Shown here: positions 11,670 to 21,246 of the stretch, in pieces | How positions within the stretch are numbered: the first letter of the stretch is position 1 | Layout of the letters: every line of letters begins with the position of its first letter | The notes under the pieces: model-generated | The model's input: the letters and a program-made list of their open reading frames with translations, nothing else | Told to the model about the DNA's origin: nothing | The model's database searches: none | Position numbers and translations under genes: made by a program | Assembly (NCBI GenBank): GCA_963827235.1 | Contig: CAWHAE010000014.1 | Location: 288,001 to 352,000 of the forward strand | Length of the DNA: 64,000 nt | Source of the DNA: an uncultured bacterium | GTDB lineage: Bacteria; Chloroflexota; UBA5177; JANWHV01 | Direction: 5' to 3'

Positions 11670-11876
11670 ATGCCTAAGCTGAAGACGCATAAGGGAAGTG
11701 CTAAGCGCTTTCAATACAGTGGAAGCGGCAAGGCTATGCTTCCCAAAGCGTGGAAGAACCACAAACGCAGTGCCCGCTCGCGCCGTTCGCGCGCCCTGAT
11801 GGGCCACATGCTGATCGCTCATAAGGGCGATGCCAAGCGGATCCAGAAGCTCATTCCGTATGGGGACCCGCGCTAG
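11670..11876 (+). CDS. rpmI: 50S ribosomal protein L35
   Basis: MPKLKTHKGSAKRF...GK...H; directly upstream of rplT. Confidence 0.95.
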   Translation: MPKLKTHKGSAKRFQYSGSGKAMLPKAWKNHKRSARSRRSRALMGHMLIAHKGDAKRIQKLIPYGDPR

Positions 11877-11903
11877 CGGTACTGCAGCAGGAGAAGTGAG
11901 GAA

Positions 11904-12251
11904 ATGCCTCGAGTGAAGCGTGGCGTGCCGGCGCATAAGCGGCACAAGAAAGTGTTGGCCCTGACCAAGGGTCACTGGGGTGGACGGCACCGGCTCTATC
12001 GCACCGCTCACGAGTCAATGCTGCACGCCCTCGCCTATTCGTACCGCGATCGCCGCAATCGGAAGCGCGACTTCCGCCGCCTGTGGATCCAGCGTATCAA
12101 TGCTGCCGCTAGGCTGCATGGGCTCTCCTATAGTCGCTTCATTGCCGGCTTGATCAGGGCCCACGTGACCATCGACCGGAAGATCCTGGCCGAGCTGGCG
12201 GTCAGCGATCCCAACGCCTTTGCCGAACTCACGAAGATCGCCGGGGCCTGA
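11904..12251 (+). CDS. rplT: 50S ribosomal protein L20
   Basis: [38 protein letters not shown]. Confidence 0.98.
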   Translation: MPRVKRGVPAHKRHKKVLALTKGHWGGRHRLYRTAHESMLHALAYSYRDRRNRKRDFRRLWIQRINAAARLHGLSYSRFIAGLIRAHVTIDRKILAELAVSDPNAFAELTKIAGA

Positions 12252-13122
12252 ACGGCCCCACCCGGCGGGTGAGCGCGATACAGCGTCTCGCCCGCCGCAA
12301 CGCGGGAACTGGTCCCGCCCGGACACCGTTACCGACGCGGCAATCCGCACCGCGCGCAGCCTCCGCACGCCACAGGGCCGTCGTCGCCTCGGGCAGTTCT
12401 TGCTCGAAGGGGTGCGTTTGGTTGAGGACGCGTTGTCCAGGGGAGTGAGACCCGAGGCAGTTTTTGTCACGCCCCACCTCCTCGAATCGACCGATCGCGG
12501 ACGCGATCTGGCGCGTGTTGTACGACGGATGGACGTTCCCCTCTTTGAGCTGGCCGAACGTCACCTCGCACTGGTGGCCGACACCGAGGCTCCTGCAGGG
12601 ATCGTAGTAGTCGCCGCCACGCCTCCGGCGCCCGCCGAGCTGCCTGAGGCAAGGGGTCCGGGCCTGGCTGCCGTGGTTCTCGATCAGATTCGCGACCCTG
12701 GCAACATTGGGGGCATCCTGCGAACGACGGCGGCGGCAGGCATCCGGCACATCGTATCCAGCGAGGGCAGCGCGGACCTGTGGGCGCCGAAGGTCGTACG
12801 CGCCGGCGCCGGCGCGCACTTCCGCCTCACGCTCTACCCCGGGCGGCCGGTAGGTGAGATCATCGAGTGGATCGGTACCTGGCGGCAATGCGTGCTTGCC
12901 GACGGTCGCAGCAGGACGACGATCTATCACGTCGACTGGACGCCGCCTACCGTGCTTGTCCTCTCCAACGAGGCGCACGGCGCATCCCGGTGGCTTGACG
13001 ACGTCTCGTTGCTGAGGGCATCCATACCTATGGCCGCGGAGACCGAATCGATCAACGTCGCCGCCGCTTCCGCGGTGTTCGTCTATGAGGCGCGCAGGCA
13101 GCTGCTTGGAAGCAGACACTAA
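12220..13122 (+). CDS. TrmH/SpoU-family RNA methyltransferase (start uncertain)
   Basis: [30 protein letters not shown]...ESINVAAA. Confidence 0.88.
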   Translation: MPNSRRSPGPERPHPAGERDTASRPPQRGNWSRPDTVTDAAIRTARSLRTPQGRRRLGQFLLEGVRLVEDALSRGVRPEAVFVTPHLLESTDRGRDLARVVRRMDVPLFELAERHLALVADTEAPAGIVVVAATPPAPAELPEARGPGLAAVVLDQIRDPGNIGGILRTTAAAGIRHIVSSEGSADLWAPKVVRAGAGAHFRLTLYPGRPVGEIIEWIGTWRQCVLADGRSRTTIYHVDWTPPTVLVLSNEAHGASRWLDDVSLLRASIPMAAETESINVAAASAVFVYEARRQLLGSRH

Positions 13123-13804
13123 GCGACTAGGCGCTGAACGTTCGTAACTCTTGCAGCGCGATACCTACGAACTTTGACCAGCTACCCGCTTTGCTAGTCA
13201 TGGTTGGTCGGCCCACGCCGCCGACGCACGTGGCTGTATTGGTCCTCGCAGTCGTCTGGTCGAGCCGGTTGTCGTCGATTGCATGCCCCACTTGCGCCGG
13301 GAGGCCTCGCGCACTCGCCAGCTCTCGGCTTCCAGCCGGTGCGTCTCTAGGTCCTGGTTCGAAGCCGCGTTCGTCCCATGCCGGGCGCAATTCCGCTCCG
13401 CCCACATCGTGAATTCTGCGTACCCTACCGCAGAAAAGTACCTCGCATTGCGGCCATGTACTGCCTCAGCAGATTCGAGACCCGGACATTCCGAGCGATC
13501 GGATAGCTGAGGGCAGCGAGCCCGTTCTCGTGGATTCTGCTCTTCACTGCCGCAGGCACGCTTGGCAACGCGTCCATCCGCCGGCGCGCACCCCTGCCAG
13601 ATGACCCGCCAACGCCTACCCTCCTGGCCCTCTCGATGGCGCAGGGCGAATCGCACATGGAGATCGTGGGCGATCCGGCAGCCGGACGAGGCTTGGCTCG
13701 CCGGTGCCAAGCTCTCCGCGATAGCCGCGCTCGTGGCTCTGCTGGTTCAGCAGGATTGTCCGCAGCGTGCGACCACGATCGGAGGTGCGAGAGTGACCAG
13801 GGAC

Positions 13805-13850
13805 TTGACATGGAGCCGGCAAAGTCTCAAACTCATAAGCGAAGATTGAT
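13805..13850 (+). promoter_or_regulatory. Promoter with putative ArsR operator
   Basis: TTGACA (13805-10), 17 bp, CAAACT; imperfect inverted repeat ATAAG-N6-TTGAT (13835-50) just upstream of the ArsR gene. Confidence 0.5.
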
Positions 13851-13889
13851 TAAACCGATCTTTATCGGTCGAGCTGCGCGGAGGGCAAG

Positions 13890-14243
13890 ATGCGCGATTG
13901 GCGTGAGCTGCGCGGTTACTTTCGCGCCCTTGCCGACGTGCGCCGCCTGCGTATCGTCGCCGAGCTGGCTAATACTCCCGAGATCACCGTCAAGGAGCTC
14001 TGCGCGCGCCAGCGCGCCAGCCAACCCCTGGTGTCCTGGCATCTGAGGGTGCTCGTTCGCTGCGGCCTCGTTCGCACGCGCCGGCAGGGGCGTCAGGTCT
14101 TCTGCGCGCTGAATCGGCCGGCCTTTCGCGTCTATGAGGATCGCCTGACACGAATGCTTGACGAGCCGCTGGTCGATGAGGCCGCGACGTTGCGAGAGGA
14201 TCCCTCCCTGATGCAACCGCAGCATCCGCCTATCGGAGCGTGA
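13890..14243 (+). CDS. ArsR/SmtB-family transcriptional regulator
   Basis: FRALADVRRLRIV, SQPLVSWHLRVL..CGLV...RQGR. Confidence 0.9.
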   Translation: MRDWRELRGYFRALADVRRLRIVAELANTPEITVKELCARQRASQPLVSWHLRVLVRCGLVRTRRQGRQVFCALNRPAFRVYEDRLTRMLDEPLVDEAATLREDPSLMQPQHPPIGA

Positions 14244-14329
14244 CGTGAGGAGAAGGGTTCACGAACCCCATGAGTCATATTGAGCGGTCACTCGCAACGG
14301 CGATCTCGACCTACACGGCCGGCTGAGCC

Positions 14330-15379
14330 ATGTTCACGTACCGGCTGCTGCTCGTCTTGCGCGCCCTGGCTTGCCGCCTCCCCGCGCCGATGGTTGGACG
14401 GGCCGGCGCCCTGATCAGCTATCTCACATTCCTCGCCATGCCCGATAAGCGTGCCAACGTGGAGCGCAATCTACGCATTATGCTTGCCGGCTCCTCCAGG
14501 CGTCCTGGCTCCGATCTCCGGCGCCGGGCCAAGTACCTGGCTCGAAGGTCCATGGCGAGCTACGGCCAAGTGCTCGTGGACTTCCTGGCCTTCGAGGCGC
14601 TCTTGCCAAACGCGGCGCGAGATACCGAGCTCACGCCCGGCTTCGACCAGGTTGAGCGGCTGATTGCCAGCGGACGCGGCGCGGTCTTCGCCTGCCCACA
14701 TTTTGGTCACTGGGACATGGCCGGCGCGGTTCTCGCACAGCGCTTCCCGGGAAAGATCGCGGCTGTCGCCGAGCGCTTCTCGAACCCGCATATCGAGAAG
14801 ATGGTGGTCGGGCAGCGAGAGCAGTGCGGTCTCGAGATCGTGCCGATGGAGAACGTGAGGCAAATGACCCGCGTCCTTCGCGACGGGCGGGTGCTGGGAA
14901 TTCTGGCCGACCGGCCGGTTGCCGGCGATGAGGGTGTGCAGGTCCGGTTCTTCGGCAAACAGGCCAGGCTGCCCGCCGGCGTGGCCACGCTGGCCATGCT
15001 CGCGCGCTGCCCAATCATGGTGGGGTCGCTTCACCGGCGCGACGACGGACGGTTCGAGGGTTTCGTCATGCCCACTATCGAGCCGGTACGAACAGGCAAT
15101 CGGGCCGCGGACGTGGCCGCCACCATGCAGATCGTCGCTGAGCATCTCGAAACGGTCATTCGGCGCTCGCCGCACCAGTGGTATATGTTCCGGAACATGT
15201 GGCCCGACGCGGCGGTGCGTGAACCTGCGCGGCTGCTGTCGCCTGCGTGGAGAATGGCCTTGCTGCCGACGATTCTCGGCTCGATGGCCCTCGCCAACCT
15301 CATTCGCCTTCACAGGACCGAACCGGTCGTCGGTGACCTTGGCGCGCAGGAGCCGGCAACACGGGAGGCGTTGGCGTGA
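14330..15379 (+). CDS. Lipid acyltransferase, PatA/LpxL family (copy 1)
   Basis: CPHFGHWD (H-x4-D), LADR, VRFFG, HQWYMF. Confidence 0.88.
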   Translation: MFTYRLLLVLRALACRLPAPMVGRAGALISYLTFLAMPDKRANVERNLRIMLAGSSRRPGSDLRRRAKYLARRSMASYGQVLVDFLAFEALLPNAARDTELTPGFDQVERLIASGRGAVFACPHFGHWDMAGAVLAQRFPGKIAAVAERFSNPHIEKMVVGQREQCGLEIVPMENVRQMTRVLRDGRVLGILADRPVAGDEGVQVRFFGKQARLPAGVATLAMLARCPIMVGSLHRRDDGRFEGFVMPTIEPVRTGNRAADVAATMQIVAEHLETVIRRSPHQWYMFRNMWPDAAVREPARLLSPAWRMALLPTILGSMALANLIRLHRTEPVVGDLGAQEPATREALA

Positions 15380-15416
15380 ATACCGCTCGCGCCGGCAGTG
15401 CAGGAGGAGACCGCCG

Positions 15417-16418
15417 ATGTCCTGGCGACTGAGCGCACACATCACCGCCACGAGGATAGTCTCCGCTTTGCCCCGCGGTCTCTCATACCGCACAGCCCGC
15501 TGCGTCGGTACCCTGATCTCGCTGCCGCCGTCGTCCAGGAAACGTGTCCTTACCGGTAACATCGCCGTCGCGCATGGACTTCCCGAGAACCATCCCCGAG
15601 TGCACCGCGACGTGCGCAGAGCATTTCAGCATGCCATGCTCAACTACGTCGACCTGTTTGGCCTGGAACGACACGACGCTCCGGAGTTGATCGACAGCAT
15701 ACGGGTTGACGACTGGAGTCCGTACGTGCGGGCAGAGGAGAAGGGCAAAGGGGTCATTCTGTTCAGCGCTCACCTCGGCAACTACGACACGGTCGTGCAG
15801 AAGCTGGCGATCCGCGGCAGGCGTGTGCTCATTCCCGTGGAGAACATCGAGCCGCGCGACCTGCTGAATGCGTTGCGCGCGCGGAGAGCGGCGTTGGGCA
15901 TGGACATTGCTCCGGTGGGGCCCGATACCTTCAAGCAGATGGCGGCGCACGTGCGCTCGGGCGGCACCGTCGTCATCGTCTGCGACCGCGATATTCAGGG
16001 CACCGGCGTCCCGGTGACGTTCTTCTGCCGGCAGGCCCGCCTTCCACAAGCGGCCGTCCTGCTCGCATTGCGCACCGGTGCGCCAATTCTGGGCGCGTTC
16101 GGCTATCGGTTCGACGACAACAGCATAAGCGGTCGGCTGACGGCCGAGATCGATGTCGGGCGCGGGCAGGCTGGAGATCGCACTACATCTCTGCGCCAGG
16201 CCGTTGAGCAGGGCATGAAAGCTCTCGTGTCCGTGCTCGAGCGCGAGATTCGCAGCGATCCCGGTCAGTGGGTCATGCAGCAGCCGGTATTCGCGGCGCA
16301 TGGCGCTGGGGCACTGGCGAAGCCGGTTCTCGAGGTGAAGCCTGCGCACCGCCGGATCGCTCTCCCGATTCACGTGGCAGCACGAGCTCTCGTGCCATCG
16401 GGGGGGAAACGCGGATGA
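15417..16418 (+). CDS. Lipid acyltransferase, PatA/LpxL family (copy 2)
   Basis: GGAGG RBS before ATG 15417; SAHLGNYD, CDRD, VTFF, PGQWVMQQP; stop overlaps next start (ATGA). Confidence 0.85.
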   Translation: MSWRLSAHITATRIVSALPRGLSYRTARCVGTLISLPPSSRKRVLTGNIAVAHGLPENHPRVHRDVRRAFQHAMLNYVDLFGLERHDAPELIDSIRVDDWSPYVRAEEKGKGVILFSAHLGNYDTVVQKLAIRGRRVLIPVENIEPRDLLNALRARRAALGMDIAPVGPDTFKQMAAHVRSGGTVVIVCDRDIQGTGVPVTFFCRQARLPQAAVLLALRTGAPILGAFGYRFDDNSISGRLTAEIDVGRGQAGDRTTSLRQAVEQGMKALVSVLEREIRSDPGQWVMQQPVFAAHGAGALAKPVLEVKPAHRRIALPIHVAARALVPSGGKRG

Positions 16419-17662
16419 AGATCGGCCTCGTTTCTCCCTACGACTATCGTGTGCCGGGCGGAGTCGGCAAGCATATCGATGCCCTGCGCGCCCAGCTCGT
16501 GCGCAAGGGTCACGAGGTCCGCGTTATGGCGCCCGGCGCCGACGATCGTGTGGAGGAAGACCGCCACGGGATCTACCGGATCGGCCGCGTGACGCCGATC
16601 CCGGCAAACGGCTCAGTTGCGCGCATCTCTATCGGCGTGCCATTGTACACCGGTCTGGCACGCAAAGTGCGCTGGGTGTTGGATGCGGAGCGGTTTGACG
16701 TGCTGCACGTACACGAACCGCTCATGCCCACGCTGCCGCTCGCCGTCCTGATGGCGCGCGTGCCTGATGCGATCAAGGTGGGCACATTCCACGCGTTCCG
16801 CGAGAAATACTACGGCTACTACTACGGCCGGCCGCTATTGCGCAGCGTCGCCAACAGGCTGGACGGCCGCATCGCGGTTTCGCGAGCCGCGTACGAGTTC
16901 GTCAGCAGGTACTTTCCCGGCACTTATTCGCTTATTCCCAACGGCGTCGACATCGACCGCTTCAGCGATCAGGCAGAGCCCATCGAGCGCTATCGCGACG
17001 GCAGACCAACCGTGCTGTTCGTGGGCCGGTTCGAAAAGCGCAAGGGCCTTGCCTATTTGATCCGGGCCTACGACGACTTGCACGCGGCGTTTCCCGACGT
17101 TCGCATTCTCGTAGTTGGGCGCCAGGGCCGCGCCGGCCGGGGCTACGTCGAATACGCCCGGGAGCACGACCTTCGCGGTATCGAGTTTGTCGGCGAGGTG
17201 AGTCAGGACGATTTGCCGCGCTACTACCGGAGCTGCGACGTGTTTTGTGCTCCTGCCCTAAGCGGAGAGAGCTTTGGCATGGTGCTTCTCGAAGCCATGG
17301 CCTCGGGGAAGCCGGTCGTTGCGTCGGCAATAGACGGCTACAAACAGGTCGTCCAAGACGGCGTGCAAGGACGCCTGGTGCCACCGCGCGACAGCTCGGG
17401 CCTTGCGCAGGCCCTGATCGAAGTGTTGAGCTCGGATGAGGCCCGCCGAAACTACGGCGAGCACGGCCGCCTCACTGCTAAGGCATTCAGCTGGGAACGC
17501 GTGTCCACTCGGCTCATTCACTTCTACGAAGACGTACAGCGCCGCTCGGCAACTGGAGCCCAGGACTGGATGTCCGCCATAGAGATCCAGGGCCCGTGGT
17601 TTGCCGATCCGGTTCCAGATGCAAAGGATTCCGCGGGTCTATCTGAGGGAGCGGCAACGTGA
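16415..17662 (+). CDS. GT4 glycosyltransferase, PimA-like phosphatidylinositol alpha-mannosyltransferase
   Basis: MKIGLVSPYD..PGGV..H, NGSVAR, HVHEP, GTFH, RKG, GESFGMVLLEAMASG (Ex7E); adjacent to PatA- and PgsA1-like genes. Confidence 0.85.
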   Translation: MKIGLVSPYDYRVPGGVGKHIDALRAQLVRKGHEVRVMAPGADDRVEEDRHGIYRIGRVTPIPANGSVARISIGVPLYTGLARKVRWVLDAERFDVLHVHEPLMPTLPLAVLMARVPDAIKVGTFHAFREKYYGYYYGRPLLRSVANRLDGRIAVSRAAYEFVSRYFPGTYSLIPNGVDIDRFSDQAEPIERYRDGRPTVLFVGRFEKRKGLAYLIRAYDDLHAAFPDVRILVVGRQGRAGRGYVEYAREHDLRGIEFVGEVSQDDLPRYYRSCDVFCAPALSGESFGMVLLEAMASGKPVVASAIDGYKQVVQDGVQGRLVPPRDSSGLAQALIEVLSSDEARRNYGEHGRLTAKAFSWERVSTRLIHFYEDVQRRSATGAQDWMSAIEIQGPWFADPVPDAKDSAGLSEGAAT

Positions 17663-17686
17663 CTGGTTGGAAGGTGAGGGCGAGCA

Positions 17687-18340
17687 ATGTTCAATAAAGC
17701 AGTACAGGACTGGGTGAGAGCGCTTGCAATCAAGGTGATGAAGCGCTTCGACCATGTGCCGATCACCCCAAACCAGGTCACGGTCGCCGGTCTGTTGTTC
17801 ACTCTGGTGGTTGCCTGGCTCGTGGGAGCGGGCTTTGTCTTCGCTGGGGGCGTTGTGCTCGCCGCCAGCAGCGTCACCGACATCGCCGACGGCGCACTGG
17901 CGCGCGCCCGCAATGCGTGTACGGATTACGGCGCCTTCTTCGACTCCCTGCTCGACCGCATCGGCGAGGCCGTGATCGGTATCGGCATAATTGTGTATTA
18001 TGTCAATCACGGTCATGCCATGGAAGGCGCGCTGCTCACCTACCTCAGCGTATGCGGCGCGCTCATGGTAAGCTACGCTCGGGCGCGAGCAGAGGGCCTG
18101 GACATCGAGTGCAACGTCGGCTTCATGGCCCGTCCGGAGCGCATTGTGGTCACCTGCGCGGGCATGATCCTGTTCCCGCTGTGCGGGCTATGGATACTCA
18201 GCGCTTCGCTCTGGGTGCTGATCGTGACTACCTTCTTCACCACCGCACAGCGACTATACCATGTGTACACTGTGACCCACCCTCGCATGATGGTTGATGA
18301 CCGGCCGCGCCTGCTCAAGCGTCGCCGGGTAGCCAGCTAG
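17687..18340 (+). CDS. CDP-alcohol phosphatidyltransferase, phosphatidylinositol-phosphate synthase (PgsA1)-like
   Basis: [42 protein letters not shown]. Confidence 0.88.
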   Translation: MFNKAVQDWVRALAIKVMKRFDHVPITPNQVTVAGLLFTLVVAWLVGAGFVFAGGVVLAASSVTDIADGALARARNACTDYGAFFDSLLDRIGEAVIGIGIIVYYVNHGHAMEGALLTYLSVCGALMVSYARARAEGLDIECNVGFMARPERIVVTCAGMILFPLCGLWILSASLWVLIVTTFFTTAQRLYHVYTVTHPRMMVDDRPRLLKRRRVAS

Positions 18341-18461
18341 AGGCCGGATCATCTGCCCCGGCGATGGGCGCCGGCTTGCCGGGCATGGTAGCATTGACCC
18401 TGCACGCGGGCTGTTCCTGTGCAGGAATGGATACGGAAGAAGCCGGCAGTGCGTCCCCGCC

Positions 18462-19769
18462 ATGGCTTCACGTGACCACCCGGAGGAGGGAATGTCAACA
18501 ACCGTGCCCGTTACAGACGTGCTCCGCGCGCTCAGGGAAGTAGATCCGGAGATACTCTCCGCGATCGAGGGTGAGCAGCGCAGACAGACCGACAAGATCG
18601 AGCTGATCGCCTCGGAAAACTACACAAGTGCGGCCGTGCTCGCGGCACAGGGTTCCGTGCTTACGAACAAGTACGCCGAAGGCTACCCCGGTCGCCGTTA
18701 CTACGGCGGATGCGAATGGGTGGACGTGGTCGAGCGGCTGGCTCGCTCCCGGGCAATGGAGCTCTTCCAGGCCGAGCATGCCAACGTTCAGCCTCACAGC
18801 GGCTCCACAGCGAACATGGTGGCTTATGCCTCGGTGTTGCAGCCTGGCGACACGCTGCTCGGCCTGCGCCTCGACCAGGGTGGCCACCTGACGCACGGCA
18901 GTCCCGTCAACTTCTCGGGGCTCTCCTATCACGTGGTGTCATATGGCGTGGACCGCGAGAGCGAGCAAATCGACTATGAAGAGGTCGCTCGCACGGCGCA
19001 CGCCTGCCGTCCCAAGGTGATCGTAGCCGGGGGAAGCGCCTATCCGCGCCTTCTCGACTTCGCTCGCTTCCGCGAGATCGCCGATGAGGTCGGGGCGGTC
19101 CTGATCGTCGATATGGCTCACATTGCAGGACTGGTAGCCGCCGGCGTGCATCCCAGCCCGGTGCCGCACGCCCAGATCGTGACCAGCACCACGCACAAGA
19201 CCTTGCGCGGCCCGCGCTCCGGCATGATCCTGTGCGACGAGGAGCACAAGAAACCGATCGACAAGTGCGTCTTCCCCGGCATGCAAGGCGGGCCCCTCAT
19301 GCACGTCATAGCGGCCAAGGCAGTGGCATTCCAGGAAGCGCTGCAGCCGCAGTTCAAGACGTACGCGGCGGCCGTCGTGACGAACGCCAAGGTTCTGGCG
19401 CAGACGCTCCAGGACGCCGGGTTGCGCATCGTCAGCGGCGGTACCGACACGCATCTCCTGCTCGTGGACCTTCGCTCCGTGGGCCTGGATGGCAAGACCG
19501 CCGAGCGTGCGCTCGATGCCATCGGGATCACGGCCAATCGAAACGCCATTCCGTTCGACCCGCAGCCGCCCACCAATCCCAGTGGTCTTCGTCTCGGAAG
19601 CGCAGCTGTCACGACCCGCGGATTCACGGAGACAGAGATGCGCCGCCTGGCAGGGATAATCGTCGAGGTGTTGAGGGCTCCGGAGAACGAATCGGTCCGC
19701 CTTCGTGCGGCTCGCGACGTCGTCGACCTTACCTCGCGCTTCCCGGTTCCGGGCATCACGGACCGATAA
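18462..19769 (+). CDS. glyA: Serine hydroxymethyltransferase
   Basis: [32 protein letters not shown]. Probable start ATG 18492 after GGAGG. Confidence 0.98.
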   Translation: MASRDHPEEGMSTTVPVTDVLRALREVDPEILSAIEGEQRRQTDKIELIASENYTSAAVLAAQGSVLTNKYAEGYPGRRYYGGCEWVDVVERLARSRAMELFQAEHANVQPHSGSTANMVAYASVLQPGDTLLGLRLDQGGHLTHGSPVNFSGLSYHVVSYGVDRESEQIDYEEVARTAHACRPKVIVAGGSAYPRLLDFARFREIADEVGAVLIVDMAHIAGLVAAGVHPSPVPHAQIVTSTTHKTLRGPRSGMILCDEEHKKPIDKCVFPGMQGGPLMHVIAAKAVAFQEALQPQFKTYAAAVVTNAKVLAQTLQDAGLRIVSGGTDTHLLLVDLRSVGLDGKTAERALDAIGITANRNAIPFDPQPPTNPSGLRLGSAAVTTRGFTETEMRRLAGIIVEVLRAPENESVRLRAARDVVDLTSRFPVPGITDR

Positions 19770-19810
19770 CGGTATTCCGGACCGGGAGCCACGCGGCAAA
19801 GGCGCACTCG

Positions 19811-19840
19811 GTGCTCTCCAGGAGTTCCCGTGGAGAGCAC
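19811..19840. terminator. Hairpin between convergent transcripts
   Basis: GTGCTCTCCA / TGGAGAGCAC perfect 10-bp stem; no U tract. Confidence 0.5.
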
Positions 19841-19866
19841 TATGGTCCGCGAAACGCGGTGTTCGC

Positions 19867-20021
19867 TCCGCCTCCGTGTGGTTCCACGTTGGCCCGGGTG
19901 CAGAAAGGCGCGAGAGAGAACCCGCTTCCGGCGGCCGGCACCCATGCCCGGCGTCAAGTCACATTGAAGCCCGTCTGAGCCAAAAAGACCCTATGCAACC
20001 GCCACGTCCCGTTCCGGACCG
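19867..20021 (-). ncRNA. Candidate 6S RNA
   Basis: Rod-like pairing of ACGTGGC..GG.TGCA.AGGG with CCTT..TGCA.CCG.GCC.ACGT; contains AGACGGG and CCGCC..GCGGGTTC segments reminiscent of 6S RNAs; no credible ORF. Confidence 0.45.
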
Positions 20022-20071
20022 GTGCCAGCCCGCGTCGGGCCGGCTTGGGTACAAGGGCTCCCCTGGGGTAC

Positions 20072-20551
20072 CTAGAGACCGGGAACCACCGCCTGTAGCA
20101 GACGATGCAGGAGCGAGTCCTGCTGCGGCTTGTGCTTCGTCGTGGGAGGCTGGCTGATCGCCACTGCGTCACTCGACGGGGTAGTCGACGTACTGATCTC
20201 CAGCTGGATGTCCCCCGGTTGCACGTACCCGTATCTACGGGCTTCCTGCATGTAGAACGAGCGCGAGTGCGCGTATGTCAGGTCCAGCTGCAAGGACTGG
20301 ATCTGCGAGCTGAGCGCGGCGATCTCTTGAACGCGCTGCTGCTTCTCCTGACCCATCTGATAGCTGACCCACGCCTTGTCGGCGAAGTTGGCCGCGAAGA
20401 AGACCGCCGAAACGATCAGCAGCGAGATGCCGAGGCGGCCGGAAGCCTTGTCCCAGCCCACTGAGCGAAACGCCGCGCGCATCCCCCAGCCCAGCCGCCT
20501 CAGATCGCCTTTCACGTACTCGTCCTCCAGCCCGCTCGGTGGCGGACGCAC
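20072..20551 (-). CDS. FtsB/DivIC-like septum formation initiator
   Basis: One TM helix, heptad coiled coil, then MQEARRYGYVQPGD; start may be ATG 20482. Confidence 0.75.
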   Translation of the reverse strand: MRPPPSGLEDEYVKGDLRRLGWGMRAAFRSVGWDKASGRLGISLLIVSAVFFAANFADKAWVSYQMGQEKQQRVQEIAALSSQIQSLQLDLTYAHSRSFYMQEARRYGYVQPGDIQLEISTSTTPSSDAVAISQPPTTKHKPQQDSLLHRLLQAVVPGL

Positions 20552-20664
20552 CTGGATTGCCGGTCCCGCCGGCCTACGGTGCGACTTCCCCCATCAATGC
20601 CAAGCGTGCAGCTCCTGCTGCCGGTAAGCAGTAGCCACACGGCGGAATCGGAGCAGTGCTGCTG

Positions 20665-20937
20665 CTAACCGGCAGCCTGATTCAGCTTCTTCATCAGCCG
20701 CGACTTGCGGCGTGCAGCGTTGTTCTTGTGCAGAATACCCTTGGAGGCAGCGGAGTCGAGCTCCTTCAATGCCTTCGCCACGGCCTCGACGGTCAGCGCC
20801 TCGCTCACCGTTGCCGACTTGATCGACTTCTCAGCCGACTTCACGAACGTGCGTACGCTAGACTTCGCCGATCGATTGCGGAGATGCCGGCGCTCTGACA
20901 CTTTTGTACGCTTGATTGCTGACTTGATATTGGGCAC
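20665..20937 (-). CDS. rpsT: 30S ribosomal protein S20
   Basis: PNIKSAIKR...RN, LDSAASKGILHKNNAARRKSRL. Confidence 0.97.
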   Translation of the reverse strand: MPNIKSAIKRTKVSERRHLRNRSAKSSVRTFVKSAEKSIKSATVSEALTVEAVAKALKELDSAASKGILHKNNAARRKSRLMKKLNQAAG

Positions 20938-21246
20938 GAACTGCTCCCCATCGGCGAGACCCGGTCATCACCCGATCGCCGCCACCTGCACGAAGGCGCC
21001 AACGCACCTTGGCTTCTCAAAATCCATCGCTAACTATAGCAGAGACGGGCGCCTGACGCAATCGAAGAGACCACCTTCGCAGAGCCCGGGATCCTGGATC
21101 CGGCGTCTCGGTCCGCCGATCCTTGGGCCGCGACCGTCCGGCCCGCCTCCGCGCGCACGTGGCGCGGCCTCCATTGGTACGAGTCAACAACCCGCTGCGT
21201 CACTCGGTCCAGGTAGGCCCGAACACCTACTCCCTATGCGGCGAGG

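Noticed and set aside
14330-16418. Lipid A (LPS) biosynthesis suggested by LpxL-family similarity
   Set aside because: The neighbours are PimA- and PgsA1-like and no other lpx genes are in the window; a PatA-like role fits better.
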